Shown piece after piece: positions 27,381 to 37,647 of a DNA stretch of 64,000 bases. Source of the DNA: an uncultured Candidatus Saccharibacteria bacterium (GTDB lineage: Bacteria; Patescibacteriota; Minisyncoccia; Phycocordibacterales; PALSA-1337); contig CAYWKB010000002.1 in the NCBI GenBank assembly GCA_964459225.1, forward strand, positions 2,016 through 66,015. Reading direction: 5' to 3'. The notes beneath the pieces are model-generated. The model ran no database searches. It had not been told where the DNA came from and saw only the letters and a program-made list of their open reading frames with translations. Numbering within the stretch: the first letter of the stretch is position 1; each line of letters begins with the position of its first letter. The translations under genes were made by a program, and so were the position numbers.

Positions 27381-27717
27381 TCATAGCCATAGGTGCCGCG
27401 TCAAGCTTTCGACTTGCAAGCTTTATTATTCTTGTGTATCCGCCCTTTCTGTCTTTGTACTTTGGAGCAAGAGTTGTAAATAATACCTCAACCTCCTTTT
27501 CACCACCTATCTTTGAAATTATTAATCTTCTTGAAGCAAGTGTACCTGTCTTTGCCTTTGTAACTAGCTTTTCAACATAAGGACGAAGTTCCTTTGCTTT
27601 TGGTAAAGTTGTAGTAATTCTTGTTTCATTAATTAAGTTACGTGCTAGAGAACGCATCAAAGCATTTCTTTGATCTTTTTCTAATCCGAATTTTCTTTTG
27701 TTTGAATGGTGTCTCAT
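27367..27717 (-). CDS. rplQ: 50S ribosomal protein L17
   Basis: MRHHSNKRKFGLEKDQRNALMRSLARNLI signature. Confidence 0.9.
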   Translation of the reverse strand: MRHHSNKRKFGLEKDQRNALMRSLARNLINETRITTTLPKAKELRPYVEKLVTKAKTGTLASRRLIISKIGGEKEVEVLFTTLAPKYKDRKGGYTRIIKLASRKLDAAPMAMIEFV

Positions 27718-27734
27718 AAAATTTACTTAATTAA

Positions 27735-28703
27735 TTACTTTAATGTTATACCGTATTGTGATAACACTTTTTTGATTTCTTGAACTCCCTTACTTCCTAG
27801 ACCTTCGATATCTAGAATATCAACTTCCTTTTTTCTTGCAAGTCCACCTACTGTTCTTATATTTGCTCCTGTAAGTGCCTTTGTTGTGCGAGGTGATAGA
27901 CCTATTGCATCTATTCTTGTCTTTAGGAATTCAACATCCATTTCTTGTTTTGAATCAGCATCTGCTGAATCAATCATTTCTTCCTTTTTTGGTTCTTCAA
28001 TTATTTCCTCTTCCTTAAAACCTACAATTGCTTTCAATTGTGTAATCATCAAAGTAATTGAATTTTCAAGAGCTTGCTTTGGTGTTAGTGTACCATCTGT
28101 TTCGATTGAGATTCTTAAACGATTGAAATCTGTTCTGTCTCCAACACGCATATTTTCGACTTCATAATTTGCCTTTTTGATTGGAGTAAATGTTGCATCA
28201 ACTGATATTGTACCAATATCAACTCTATCCTTTGTTAGGATTTCCTTTGAAACATATCCTAATCCCTTTTCAACTGTAATTTCCATATCTAGATCAGATG
28301 ACTTATCAGTTAGATTTGCTATTACTAATTCTGGATTAAGTATTTCTACTTGTCCTGGAACTTCTATGTCTTTTGCAGTTACAACCTTAACACCCTTAAC
28401 TTTTAGTTTTAATGTTTGGCTTTCATCTGTAATTAGATTGATTCTTAATTTCTTTAAATTAAGTAGAAGCGCTATAACATCCTCCTTTACTCCCTCTATT
28501 GTTGAAAATTCATGTTCTGCTCCCTTTATCTTTACTCTTGTTACAGCTGAACCTGGTATAGATGAAAGAATGATTCTTCTTAGGGAATTTCCAAGTGTAT
28601 GACCATATCCTGGATATAGACCGTCAATTTCGTATATACCACTAAAACCATCCTCACGGATTATTTTTGGCTTTGATGGAACTATTATTGAATGATTTGA
28701 CAT
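27735..28703 (-). CDS. rpoA: DNA-directed RNA polymerase subunit alpha
   Basis: NTD (GYGHTLGNSLRRILLSS-like) plus a C-terminal HhH alpha-CTD (GLSPRTTKALTGANIRTVGGL). Confidence 0.9.
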   Translation of the reverse strand: MSNHSIIVPSKPKIIREDGFSGIYEIDGLYPGYGHTLGNSLRRIILSSIPGSAVTRVKIKGAEHEFSTIEGVKEDVIALLLNLKKLRINLITDESQTLKLKVKGVKVVTAKDIEVPGQVEILNPELVIANLTDKSSDLDMEITVEKGLGYVSKEILTKDRVDIGTISVDATFTPIKKANYEVENMRVGDRTDFNRLRISIETDGTLTPKQALENSITLMITQLKAIVGFKEEEIIEEPKKEEMIDSADADSKQEMDVEFLKTRIDAIGLSPRTTKALTGANIRTVGGLARKKEVDILDIEGLGSKGVQEIKKVLSQYGITLK

Positions 28704-28735
28704 ATTTTTTTTTAATTAAAAATTATTTACTAATT

Positions 28736-29338
28736 TTAACGACTATAAAATTCCAAAACTGAACCGACATTAAACATAAGCTCAGTCCTTGCTGCCATCG
28801 GTATACCATCTACTGTAACTTCCTTTTTGTCAAAATTGAGCTTCAACCATGATGGTATTTTGACTGTCTTTAATCTTTCATCCAATGTATTAAAAATTGC
28901 CTTTTTCTTACTTCCCTCACGAATACCTATTACATCACCTACTTTAACTTGATATGATGGTATTGTGACTATTTTACCGTTTATTGTTAAATGTCCATGA
29001 GAAGTCATTTGGCGAGCTGCTTGTCGTGTTACTGCAAATCCTGCGCGTAGTGCTACATTGTCAAATCTACTTTCAAGTAATGATACTAGATGATCTCCTG
29101 AATTACCCTTCATTTCAGTTGCCTTTTTAATATAGTTTGTGAATTGCTTGCTTGTTATACCATAACTGTATCTAGCCTTTTGCTTTTCCATCATACCAAG
29201 ACCATAATCACTCTTTGCCTTTGGTCTTCCTGTTTGACCTCTTTGTTCTGAGCGCACAGCAAATTTTTGTGTCTGTGTCTTTTCAAAAACAGATACTCCG
29301 AGTCTTCTTGCTATTTTGTATTTTGGTCCAATTTTCAT
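28736..29338 (-). CDS. rpsD: 30S ribosomal protein S4
   Basis: N-terminal MKIGPKYKIARRLG, S4 domain. Confidence 0.9.
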   Translation of the reverse strand: MKIGPKYKIARRLGVSVFEKTQTQKFAVRSEQRGQTGRPKAKSDYGLGMMEKQKARYSYGITSKQFTNYIKKATEMKGNSGDHLVSLLESRFDNVALRAGFAVTRQAARQMTSHGHLTINGKIVTIPSYQVKVGDVIGIREGSKKKAIFNTLDERLKTVKIPSWLKLNFDKKEVTVDGIPMAARTELMFNVGSVLEFYSR

Positions 29339-29355
29339 ATATATTAAATAAATTA

Positions 29356-29787
29356 TTATACTCTTCTTGGCTTTTTGGGCTGTGGTCCATTGTGTGGTAC
29401 TGGAGTTTCATCTACTATAGATGAAATATTTACTCCTCTTGAAATAAAGCCACGAATTGCTGATTCGCGACCTGATCCAACACCATTAACAACTACCTTG
29501 ATATCCTTTAGTCCTAGTGTTTCTGCCTTTAATGATAATGTCTCACCAACCTTTGCAGCTGCAAATGGAGTACCCTTTTTTGCACCCTTAAATCCAAGTG
29601 ATCCACATGATGACCACATAACGGCATTACCCTTTGTATCTGTTAGCAAAACCTTTGTATTGTTATATGTTGATTGAACATATAAAACACCTGAGTCCAA
29701 TCTCTTTTTTGATGAAGCGGAAACAACCTTTGGAGCTTTCTCCTTTGTTTCTGTATTTGCTGTAGTTGTACTTTGCTTTTTTGCCAT
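29356..29787 (-). CDS. rpsK: 30S ribosomal protein S11
   Basis: TPFAAAKVGE...VVVNGVGSGRESAIRG. Confidence 0.9.
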   Translation of the reverse strand: MAKKQSTTTANTETKEKAPKVVSASSKKRLDSGVLYVQSTYNNTKVLLTDTKGNAVMWSSCGSLGFKGAKKGTPFAAAKVGETLSLKAETLGLKDIKVVVNGVGSGRESAIRGFISRGVNISSIVDETPVPHNGPQPKKPRRV

Positions 29788-29808
29788 AATGTATTTATTG
29801 AATATTGA

Positions 29809-30189
29809 TTATTTCTTTTCTTCTTTCTTTCTTCCTGAACCCATAGTCTTTCTTATATTTCCTCTTACTGTTCTAGAATTTGTCTTTGTTCTTTGTCCTC
29901 TTACTGGCAAATGTCTAGCGTGACGCATACCTCTGTATGTCTTTATATCTTTATGTCTTTTTATATTTGCTGCTACCTCTCTCTTTAGATCTCCCTCAAT
30001 TCGGTATGATTCGATTATTTTTCTTATTTCATTTTCTTGTTCAACTGTTAAATCCTTTGCCTTTATATTGTGATCAACTTTTGCTTTGCTCAAAATATTT
30101 AAAGCCCTTGATCTACCAACACCATATAACACTGTAAGTGCTATATCTAATCTTTTTGTATCTGGAATTGTTATACCGAGTATTCTCAT
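29809..30189 (-). CDS. rpsM: 30S ribosomal protein S13
   Basis: MRILGITIPDTKR...GVGRSRALNIL. Confidence 0.9.
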   Translation of the reverse strand: MRILGITIPDTKRLDIALTVLYGVGRSRALNILSKAKVDHNIKAKDLTVEQENEIRKIIESYRIEGDLKREVAANIKRHKDIKTYRGMRHARHLPVRGQRTKTNSRTVRGNIRKTMGSGRKKEEKK

Positions 30190-30200
30190 ATTTGTATTAA

Positions 30201-30317
30201 TTAGCCTTGTCTTTGCTTATGTCTAGGATTAGCTGCACATATAACGTAAACATAGCCCTTTCTGCGGACTGTTTTACATTTTGGACAAATTTTCTTTACT
30301 GATGCCTTAACCTTCAT
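30201..30317 (-). CDS. rpmJ: 50S ribosomal protein L36 (38 aa; not in the ORF track)
   Basis: The minus strand translates to [38 protein letters not shown], the L36 zinc-ribbon C-x2-C...C...H. Confidence 0.8.
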   Translation of the reverse strand: MKVKASVKKICPKCKTVRRKGYVYVICAANPRHKQRQG

Positions 30318-30343
30318 TTTATTAAAAATTAATTTAGCTAATC

Positions 30344-30604
30344 TTAAAATCTTTTAGTAATTCTAGCCCTACCTCCATATGGATCTAACTCTAGCTCTAC
30401 TTTATCGCCGATAAGTACACGTATTCGGTGCATTCTCATCTTTCCCGCTAAATATGCTAATACTATGTCATCCTTTCCATCAAGCTTAACTCTAAACAGA
30501 GTATCTGGCAATGCTTCAGTTACTATACCACTTGCTGTGGTAGTAGCTTTTTGCTTTTGTCCATTATCCTTGTTATTTGAGCTATTGATATTATTGGAAT
30601 CCAT
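30344..30604 (-). CDS. infA: Translation initiation factor IF-1 (start may be internal; N-terminal Asn/Ser-rich extension in the ORF)
   Basis: [18 protein letters not shown]...[37 protein letters not shown]. Confidence 0.8.
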   Translation of the reverse strand: MDSNNINSSNNKDNGQKQKATTTASGIVTEALPDTLFRVKLDGKDDIVLAYLAGKMRMHRIRVLIGDKVELELDPYGGRARITKRF

Positions 30605-30684
30605 TAAATTTCGCGTTTATCCATACTAACAGAACTACTATATAAAAGTCAATAGCCTATATAATAGGCATGAACTTTTGTGTA

Positions 30685-32019
30685 TTACTTATACTCTATT
30701 TTAATCTTTTCTATTGAATCTGGGAAGGACCTTAGCCAGAATGGAGTTATTAATGAATACGCACTTCCTATTGCTCCATACTTATTAAATACCGTATTGC
30801 TATTTTCTAATTTAATACCCTTTAATTCAGCTTTTAATTTATTTTCATCTATTGAACCGACTATTGATATATCGCCTTTTAATGTAAATATCATTGGTGT
30901 ACCCTTTTCGGCTGAAAAGTCTTTTGAATTAGATAATTTAAATTGTAAATCTTTGTCACCCTTAATTGTAAATGTATCTGATGGGAATTTCCTTGCTTCA
31001 GTTCCTGCCAAACTCTTGATAAGTAAATCTGTTTTGAATATCGCTACGTATATTGTTCCTTTTACTGTCATTTCGGCTTTTGTTGAATCCTTCATCACTG
31101 GTTCTAGAGACTCTAATCTTATAGTGTATGAATTGTCATAATATGTATAATCTTTTGGAACAATTGACTTTATCTTTTCGAGTAAATCGGCTTTAATATT
31201 ATCTTCTAATAACTTTATTGCGGAATTTTTGGATTCTTGTGAGATAGTGATTTTGCTTCCAGAATATCCTCCTGTTAAATCAGACTTTAATCTAGCGTAA
31301 AACTTATCGTACTTTGCTGTACCCATATAACCCGGTAATTTGAAGTCGTATTTATTATCAACATATTTTAAATTGTATTCCAAACCAACCTTGTCTGCTA
31401 TAACAGTAACATCTATGCTTCCTGGATTTGTCTTTGCAGCCGGAACAGTAACTGTCTTTGAAGTTCTATATATTAAACCGCCTGAACTTGATATTCTTGT
31501 ACCCGCAACCAATACCTGAGCGGTATTACTCTTATTGTAAATTGTTACTATACCTTTTGCCTTTGTTTGTATAACAGCGCCTTTTGTTGCCGGTATTGTT
31601 GTAGTAGCTTCAACTGATGATGTAACTACTTCGTATTTTAAATCAGAATTAGCGTCTTTTTTGGCTGTATAAGTACCATTAATATTTAAATTAACTACCT
31701 TAGGTGTAATGGTCACAACTGCTTTTGAATAAGAAAGTGAAAATGCGATAGCAATAACTATAATTGAAAGGAGTATTATAATAAAAGACATCAAATGCTT
31801 TGGTGAAAACTTTTTCTTTTTCTTTGGTATTTCTTTTTTTATAAATACAACATCGGAACTATCGTCATCTTCCAAATCAGTTTTTGTACTAGTCCTTTTA
31901 GTCCTTCGAACAGGTCTTTCATCCTCAATTTCCATATCTTCATCATGTTCAATATCAACATTCTTTATCGAACGTCTCTTATTTGGAATTACTATGTCTT
32001 GAACAATTTTTTTAGCCAT
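30685..32019 (-). CDS. Hypothetical bitopic membrane protein: acidic cytoplasmic N-terminus, one TM and a beta-rich extracytoplasmic domain of about 330 aa
   Basis: TM at LMSFIIILLSIIVIAIAFSL. Immediately downstream of the actin-like ATPase gene. Confidence 0.45.
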   Translation of the reverse strand: MAKKIVQDIVIPNKRRSIKNVDIEHDEDMEIEDERPVRRTKRTSTKTDLEDDDSSDVVFIKKEIPKKKKKFSPKHLMSFIIILLSIIVIAIAFSLSYSKAVVTITPKVVNLNINGTYTAKKDANSDLKYEVVTSSVEATTTIPATKGAVIQTKAKGIVTIYNKSNTAQVLVAGTRISSSGGLIYRTSKTVTVPAAKTNPGSIDVTVIADKVGLEYNLKYVDNKYDFKLPGYMGTAKYDKFYARLKSDLTGGYSGSKITISQESKNSAIKLLEDNIKADLLEKIKSIVPKDYTYYDNSYTIRLESLEPVMKDSTKAEMTVKGTIYVAIFKTDLLIKSLAGTEARKFPSDTFTIKGDKDLQFKLSNSKDFSAEKGTPMIFTLKGDISIVGSIDENKLKAELKGIKLENSNTVFNKYGAIGSAYSLITPFWLRSFPDSIEKIKIEYK

Positions 32020-32035
32020 TTTGATATTTCAATAA

Positions 32036-33133
32036 TTATAACATGTCACTTAAAACATGTGTATACATATTTAACAAGTCTTCATTATCTTTATCCACAA
32101 AATCTTTAAATGATAGGATTTCAAATGGAATTTCATTTTGAGATATTAATGAATTTTTAAAGAAATCGAAATGGCTATGAGTAGAAAGGTATAGAGTTTT
32201 GGGTAATTGTAAAATATTAAATGCTTTAGAAAATAAATCCGTACATACCTTACTAAATTCAGCTGAAAAACCATCAATGAGAGATTTTATTTTTTTCTTT
32301 TCGCTCTCACTTAATTTATCTGCATAATACAATGTTAATACAGAATCAGATGCTTCAATACTATGATTTGTTACTTCTCCGATCTTCCTTAATAAGGTTT
32401 TAATACCGAAAGGAAATGAAGATATATACTTGCATTGTCTGTTTTTAACGATAATTATATCGGTTAATTCACCATGTACATGCATATAGATGTATTCGCT
32501 GTTATTTGCAATTTTATTTGGAATTGCCAAATACTGAGTCAATAATGCAGAGTGGAATGAATGATTTTTAATATGAATTATCTTATTTACATTATGTTTT
32601 AATTCGTCAATAAAAGCCTTTTCACTAAGAGACACAGAATACGAAATCTCTATTTTATTTGCTTGTCTATTATTATATAAATTAACAGAATATCCATTTA
32701 ACTTTATATCGTAAATCTTTTTTTCAAATACATATGCATCGAATTTACTAGGTTCCTTATCTATATCCTTACTCACAATTTGATTTACAATATCATCTGA
32801 AATACTAATATCCTTTTCGAAATCCACTTTTAATGTTTTTAATTCAGAAAAAACCCAAGGAGTTGATAGGATATAGTGAATATGTTTTATACCATTATGT
32901 CCTGCGTATTTTATTATATGATGGACAACATCATGGACATTTTTAAGAATTTTTTTCTTAATTCTTTGACTGTTTTTAGGAATTAGATTTTCGGAAATAG
33001 ACTTTGAATAAGTTAAAATGATTTTGTCATTTACACCATCTATGTACTCAATCAAAGCACCCCTAACCAAATCACTTTGAATATCGAGTATTATACTTTT
33101 ACTAGAATTTTTATTGGAAAAAAACTCAAACAT
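32036..33133 (-). CDS. Actin-like ATPase fold protein (FtsA/PilM-like)
   Basis: Hydrophobic phosphate-1-like start (IILDIQSDLVRGALIEY) and a later YMHVHGELTDIIIV segment, resembling FtsA/PilM strand patterns. No strong motif identity. Confidence 0.35.
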   Translation of the reverse strand: MFEFFSNKNSSKSIILDIQSDLVRGALIEYIDGVNDKIILTYSKSISENLIPKNSQRIKKKILKNVHDVVHHIIKYAGHNGIKHIHYILSTPWVFSELKTLKVDFEKDISISDDIVNQIVSKDIDKEPSKFDAYVFEKKIYDIKLNGYSVNLYNNRQANKIEISYSVSLSEKAFIDELKHNVNKIIHIKNHSFHSALLTQYLAIPNKIANNSEYIYMHVHGELTDIIIVKNRQCKYISSFPFGIKTLLRKIGEVTNHSIEASDSVLTLYYADKLSESEKKKIKSLIDGFSAEFSKVCTDLFSKAFNILQLPKTLYLSTHSHFDFFKNSLISQNEIPFEILSFKDFVDKDNEDLLNMYTHVLSDML

Positions 33134-33180
33134 AAAATAATTATAGCACGATATCTAAATGTCAAAAATAATTGCTATTA

Positions 33181-34956
33181 TTATTGTAGTATTGCCTTTA
33201 TTCTCCTTACTCCTTGTGAACTTGCTTCTTCTTTTTGAATTTTAAATATTCCTAATTCACTTGTGTTTTTGACATGAGGACCACCACAAAATTCCTTTGA
33301 ATATGCAGAATGCAAATCTTTACCCACATAGTAAATTGAAACTTCATCACCATATTTTTCACCAAAAAAGTGTCTTGCGCCTGTCTTTTCTGCGTCCTCC
33401 TTTTTCATTACTATCATATTTACGGGCAATGCTTCTTTAATTTTTGAATTTACAATATCCTCCACTTTCTTTTTTTCTTCATCTGTCATTTTTGCATTAT
33501 GAGAAAAATCGAAACGTAATCTTTCAGGAGTTATATTTGAACCCTTTTGAGATACATGATCACCTAATACATCATGCAAGGCCTGATGCAGAAGGTGTGT
33601 AGCTGTATGATATCTAACTGACATTTCACTAGTATCACCGAGACCTCCTTTGAATTTCTTTTCAGAACCAGAACGAGAAAGTTCTTGATGCTTTTTCATT
33701 AATACATCAACGTCACCCCAAGAAACAGTTTTATTATTTTTCTTTAAATAGTCATCTATAATATCTTTAGATAAACCATGTGAAGTGATTAATTCAAAAA
33801 CTTTTTCTGGACTAATCTCAGATTGTTCCAATTCCTTTAAACCATTATCTATTGTCTTACCAAACTTCTCTGACTCAATAACAATTTCATCTATTATTTT
33901 ATTTGAATTATCTTTTATATTTGTATATGTATTTCCGTATTTACTTACTATTTCATTTACAAATCTTGTTATTATTTCCCTTGATAGACTTCTATCCTTT
34001 GTATTAAATATTGCTCTTCTAATTAGTCTTCTTAATACATATCCTTGATCTGTATTACTTGGAGTCACTCCATCACTTATTAGGAAAACCGCAGATCTCA
34101 TATGATCTGAAATAATTCTTTGTGATTTTATATTATTTGAAATTTCGTGAGCAATATTCATAATCCCAGCAAAAAGATCAGTTTCAAATACATTTTTCTT
34201 GCCTTGTAGTATTGCTGTAACCCTCTCAAGTCCTGCTCCTGTGTCTACATTTTTCTTTTGAAGTTTTGAAATTATTTTTCCATCCTTTTTTTCAAATTCC
34301 ATAAATACATCATTCCAAATCTCAACAACTTTTTGTTCATCATCTGCTTTATTGTATTCTTCAAGTGTCATGTCTCCGAGACCGTTTTCGGTTAAATCAT
34401 AAAACATTTCACTACAAGGGCCTGTAGGGCCAGTCCATGTATCATTACCCTTTACTGCTGGCCACCAGTTTGCACTTGCGTCTTTAAAATATATTCTATT
34501 TTCCTTTACACCCGCATCCATCCATATCTTTTTTGCTTCCATATCTGCCTCGGCATTTTGATCTCCTTTAAATACAGTTACATATAGTCTATTTACATCC
34601 AGACCAAATCCGAATTCTTTTGATGTTAGCAATTCATAACTCCACTTTATTGCATCTTTCTTGAAATAACTTCCAAGTGACCAATTTCCCATCATTTCAA
34701 AAAATGTTAGATGAGTATTGTCACCAATATCCTCAATATCAGTTGTTCTTACACATTTTTGAATATTTGCGAGCTTATCTCCTTGTGGATGTGGCTTGCC
34801 CATAAGATAAGGCACGAGTGGTTGCATACCAGCAGTATTAAAAAGTACTGTCGGATCATTTTCTGGAACAAGTGGTGATGAAGGTAAAATAGCATGACCT
34901 CTTTTTGCAAAAAAGTCTAGGAATCTCCTGCGTATTTCATTACTGTCCATATTCAT
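33181..34956 (-). CDS. alaS: Alanyl-tRNA synthetase, compact form (catalytic plus tRNA-recognition plus editing; no C-Ala domain)
   Basis: FNTAGMQP, the editing HxxxH (HTATHLLHQALH) and CGGPHV, 591 aa. Confidence 0.85.
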   Translation of the reverse strand: MNMDSNEIRRRFLDFFAKRGHAILPSSPLVPENDPTVLFNTAGMQPLVPYLMGKPHPQGDKLANIQKCVRTTDIEDIGDNTHLTFFEMMGNWSLGSYFKKDAIKWSYELLTSKEFGFGLDVNRLYVTVFKGDQNAEADMEAKKIWMDAGVKENRIYFKDASANWWPAVKGNDTWTGPTGPCSEMFYDLTENGLGDMTLEEYNKADDEQKVVEIWNDVFMEFEKKDGKIISKLQKKNVDTGAGLERVTAILQGKKNVFETDLFAGIMNIAHEISNNIKSQRIISDHMRSAVFLISDGVTPSNTDQGYVLRRLIRRAIFNTKDRSLSREIITRFVNEIVSKYGNTYTNIKDNSNKIIDEIVIESEKFGKTIDNGLKELEQSEISPEKVFELITSHGLSKDIIDDYLKKNNKTVSWGDVDVLMKKHQELSRSGSEKKFKGGLGDTSEMSVRYHTATHLLHQALHDVLGDHVSQKGSNITPERLRFDFSHNAKMTDEEKKKVEDIVNSKIKEALPVNMIVMKKEDAEKTGARHFFGEKYGDEVSIYYVGKDLHSAYSKEFCGGPHVKNTSELGIFKIQKEEASSQGVRRIKAILQ

Positions 34957-34983
34957 AAATATGAGTTTATCACAAAACTAGTA

Positions 34984-36759
34984 CTATTTCATCAACTTTT
35001 CTAATGTATCTATATCTCTTTTTATTTCATCCAATCCATCCTTAAACACCTTTCCATTATCAATCTCTATTCCAATATCTCTTAAAATATTTTCTGGAGT
35101 ATCTATACTTCCCGCACTTAGGAATTTTTCTATTTTATCTTTGAATTTTGCATCCTCTCTGTATTTCTTTAACATGGCTTTGCTAACTAAAAGTCCATAA
35201 GCATATGAATATACATAAAAATATCTTCTAATATGACTCCATTGAACATAGAAATATCCATCATCAATATCGATTTTAAATACTGGACCCAAATATGCCT
35301 TCATATTTTTATTATGAAGTTCTGCTATTTCTTCTTTTGATAGATATCCTGTCTCCCTTATTTTATTATGTAAATCATTTTCAAAATTAAAACATGCGAT
35401 TTGTCTAAATACAGTTGAAATTTCATCATTAATTTTATTATGCAATGCTATTATCCTCTGCTTATCAGTTAATGTTCCCAAAATCTTTTCGAAAGCTAAT
35501 GCTTCAAAAAATGTACTTGCAGTTTCAGCCAAAGACATTGAGTATGATGAATATATTGGCATTTGCTTTCTTGATAATTCAGAATGAAATGCATGCCCCA
35601 TTTCATGAGCTAAAGTTGAATATGACCTAAATTCATTTGAATGATTCAAAAGCACAAAAGTAGGTAATGAATATGAACTAGAACAATATGCGCCTCCAAC
35701 TTTACCTTTTCTTGGATATACATCTATTTGACCATTTTCTAAATATTTATTAAATATTTCTAAATATTTTGAATCAAATTCATTTAATACTTCACTAAAT
35801 ATCTTTTTAGAATAATCAAAAGTATAGTCTCCCTTTATTTTTCCGTATACTGCATTTCTATCACAATAATTTAAAGTTTTTAATCCTAATAATTTTGCTT
35901 TTAATTTAAAGAATTTATTTGAAATTCCAAAATTATCTGTAACTACTTTTACTAAATTTAAAACAGTTTTACTATCATTCTCATAATTTAAAATTGTGGC
36001 ATCATAAGGTTTTGTAAAACCGCGTAGATTATCCTCTATTTTTTTATCTGTATATACTGCATTTAATTCTGCTTCAGTGAAAAATGAGATTTTCTTTAAT
36101 TCAATGGAAATCAACTTTGACAATTCCCTTCTTTGCTTATTATTTAATGCTTGTATTATATTATTTGCTTCTGCTAGTGGAAGATTTTTACCTTTCCACT
36201 TGATAGTAATACTTGATAGAGCTTTTAAATGAGAATCAACCCACATATTATTTGCTGGAGCTGATTTTAAATTAATTATCTTTTCCTCTTTATCGGTTAA
36301 ATTATGTTTTGCACTATTAAATATTTGAGATAGGAAATAATGATATTTTGAAAAATCAGAATTGCCCATAACTGAATCTTGTCTTTGCTTACTCATTTGC
36401 CCTAAAACAATTTTATAAAAAACAGTTTTATTATCAGCTTTCACTATTTTATCCATAACCAAATTAAGAATTGCTCTCGTCTTATTATCATTTACATTTA
36501 AATCAAGCATATACCATAAATAAACTACTGGTTTTGCTGGAGTTTTAACTAAGAAAGATTCATAATCAATAAGTGACTGCAATAATGTACTATCATTTTC
36601 AACAAATGAATTGTTTGAATTATTATATTTCCTTCCAAACTCTGTACAGGTTTCCTCATAATCAATAATATCCTTTTCGAACTTTTCATCATTTATTGAT
36701 GAGTACAACAAAGACAAATTCCATTCATTTTTCTTTTTGGTATTTTTCTGTATAGCCAT
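34984..36759 (-). CDS. pepF: Oligoendopeptidase F (M3B peptidase)
   Basis: HEMGH zinc motif (LAHEMGHAFHSE) at the expected position, about 590 aa. Confidence 0.85.
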   Translation of the reverse strand: MAIQKNTKKKNEWNLSLLYSSINDEKFEKDIIDYEETCTEFGRKYNNSNNSFVENDSTLLQSLIDYESFLVKTPAKPVVYLWYMLDLNVNDNKTRAILNLVMDKIVKADNKTVFYKIVLGQMSKQRQDSVMGNSDFSKYHYFLSQIFNSAKHNLTDKEEKIINLKSAPANNMWVDSHLKALSSITIKWKGKNLPLAEANNIIQALNNKQRRELSKLISIELKKISFFTEAELNAVYTDKKIEDNLRGFTKPYDATILNYENDSKTVLNLVKVVTDNFGISNKFFKLKAKLLGLKTLNYCDRNAVYGKIKGDYTFDYSKKIFSEVLNEFDSKYLEIFNKYLENGQIDVYPRKGKVGGAYCSSSYSLPTFVLLNHSNEFRSYSTLAHEMGHAFHSELSRKQMPIYSSYSMSLAETASTFFEALAFEKILGTLTDKQRIIALHNKINDEISTVFRQIACFNFENDLHNKIRETGYLSKEEIAELHNKNMKAYLGPVFKIDIDDGYFYVQWSHIRRYFYVYSYAYGLLVSKAMLKKYREDAKFKDKIEKFLSAGSIDTPENILRDIGIEIDNGKVFKDGLDEIKRDIDTLEKLMK

Positions 36760-36764
36760 AGTGT

Positions 36765-37622
36765 TTAATTAGTTTTTACTGTATTGCTTGTAACTATCAT
36801 TTCTGCTTCCTTTATTATTTCATCATATTCTATACCATTTATTCCAACTTCATTCAAGATAGCCTTATTGTCTAAAATATCTCTACACAAAATCACTCCC
36901 CTACCTAATAAATCCTTTTTATTTTGATCTGTTAATGTTGAAAGACAAGTAAATGGATGTAATCTTAATTGTTCAATGACATCATGCAAATTACCTCTTG
37001 ATGGATAATTCCATCCTAGCATTTTTAAATCATTACATTCACCGTATTTGATTGCTTGATCTGTGAATTTTGTATTTGTAATAAGCCATCCTTCATCTAA
37101 CTTTCTTTTTTTGCCTCCGTATTCAAAAAGACTTTTACTCAAATCCTCAAAGCGAGCCTTGATATATAGTGCGACTTTTAAATCAGACTTCATTGCAAGC
37201 TCATTATGGAACTTTGCTTCTATCATAAGTAGCTTTTGATCATTCCAAGCAACAACATCAACTTCATGTGATACGCACACACCTAAAACGGTTTGATCAG
37301 TAAGTGTCTCATAACCCCATGCATTAAATATTTTAGCTATGTATTTTTCGAATGGGAAACCTCCAGGACCGAGTTCTGAAAGTGCCCTTCTAAGTGAATA
37401 CTTTATAGCACTAGACATTGAGTGCGCCCTCAAGAGCTTAAATGCCCTTGAATATATTTCCCCTGTTTTCATTCCATCATGTAGCTCTTTGCCGATATGT
37501 AAAACTATTTCATCAATAACTTCATCAGTACCTCCTGCATTTTTGAGTGATTCTATTAATTTGCTTTCTTCAAATAATTCCTTTGTACCATCGGCTTTAA
37601 TAACTGTAATTAAATGATTCAT
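36765..37622 (-). CDS. ATP-cone domain fused to a restriction-endonuclease-like (Mrr_cat/PD-(D/E)xK) domain
   Basis: N-terminal VIKADGTKELFEESKL (ATP-cone). Middle GGFPFEKYIAKIFNAWGYE...VDVVAWN...IEAKF (Mrr-cat-like D...E.K). Confidence 0.55.
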   Translation of the reverse strand: MNHLITVIKADGTKELFEESKLIESLKNAGGTDEVIDEIVLHIGKELHDGMKTGEIYSRAFKLLRAHSMSSAIKYSLRRALSELGPGGFPFEKYIAKIFNAWGYETLTDQTVLGVCVSHEVDVVAWNDQKLLMIEAKFHNELAMKSDLKVALYIKARFEDLSKSLFEYGGKKRKLDEGWLITNTKFTDQAIKYGECNDLKMLGWNYPSRGNLHDVIEQLRLHPFTCLSTLTDQNKKDLLGRGVILCRDILDNKAILNEVGINGIEYDEIIKEAEMIVTSNTVKTN

Positions 37623-37647
37623 GAAAAGATTATATCATAAGATATTA

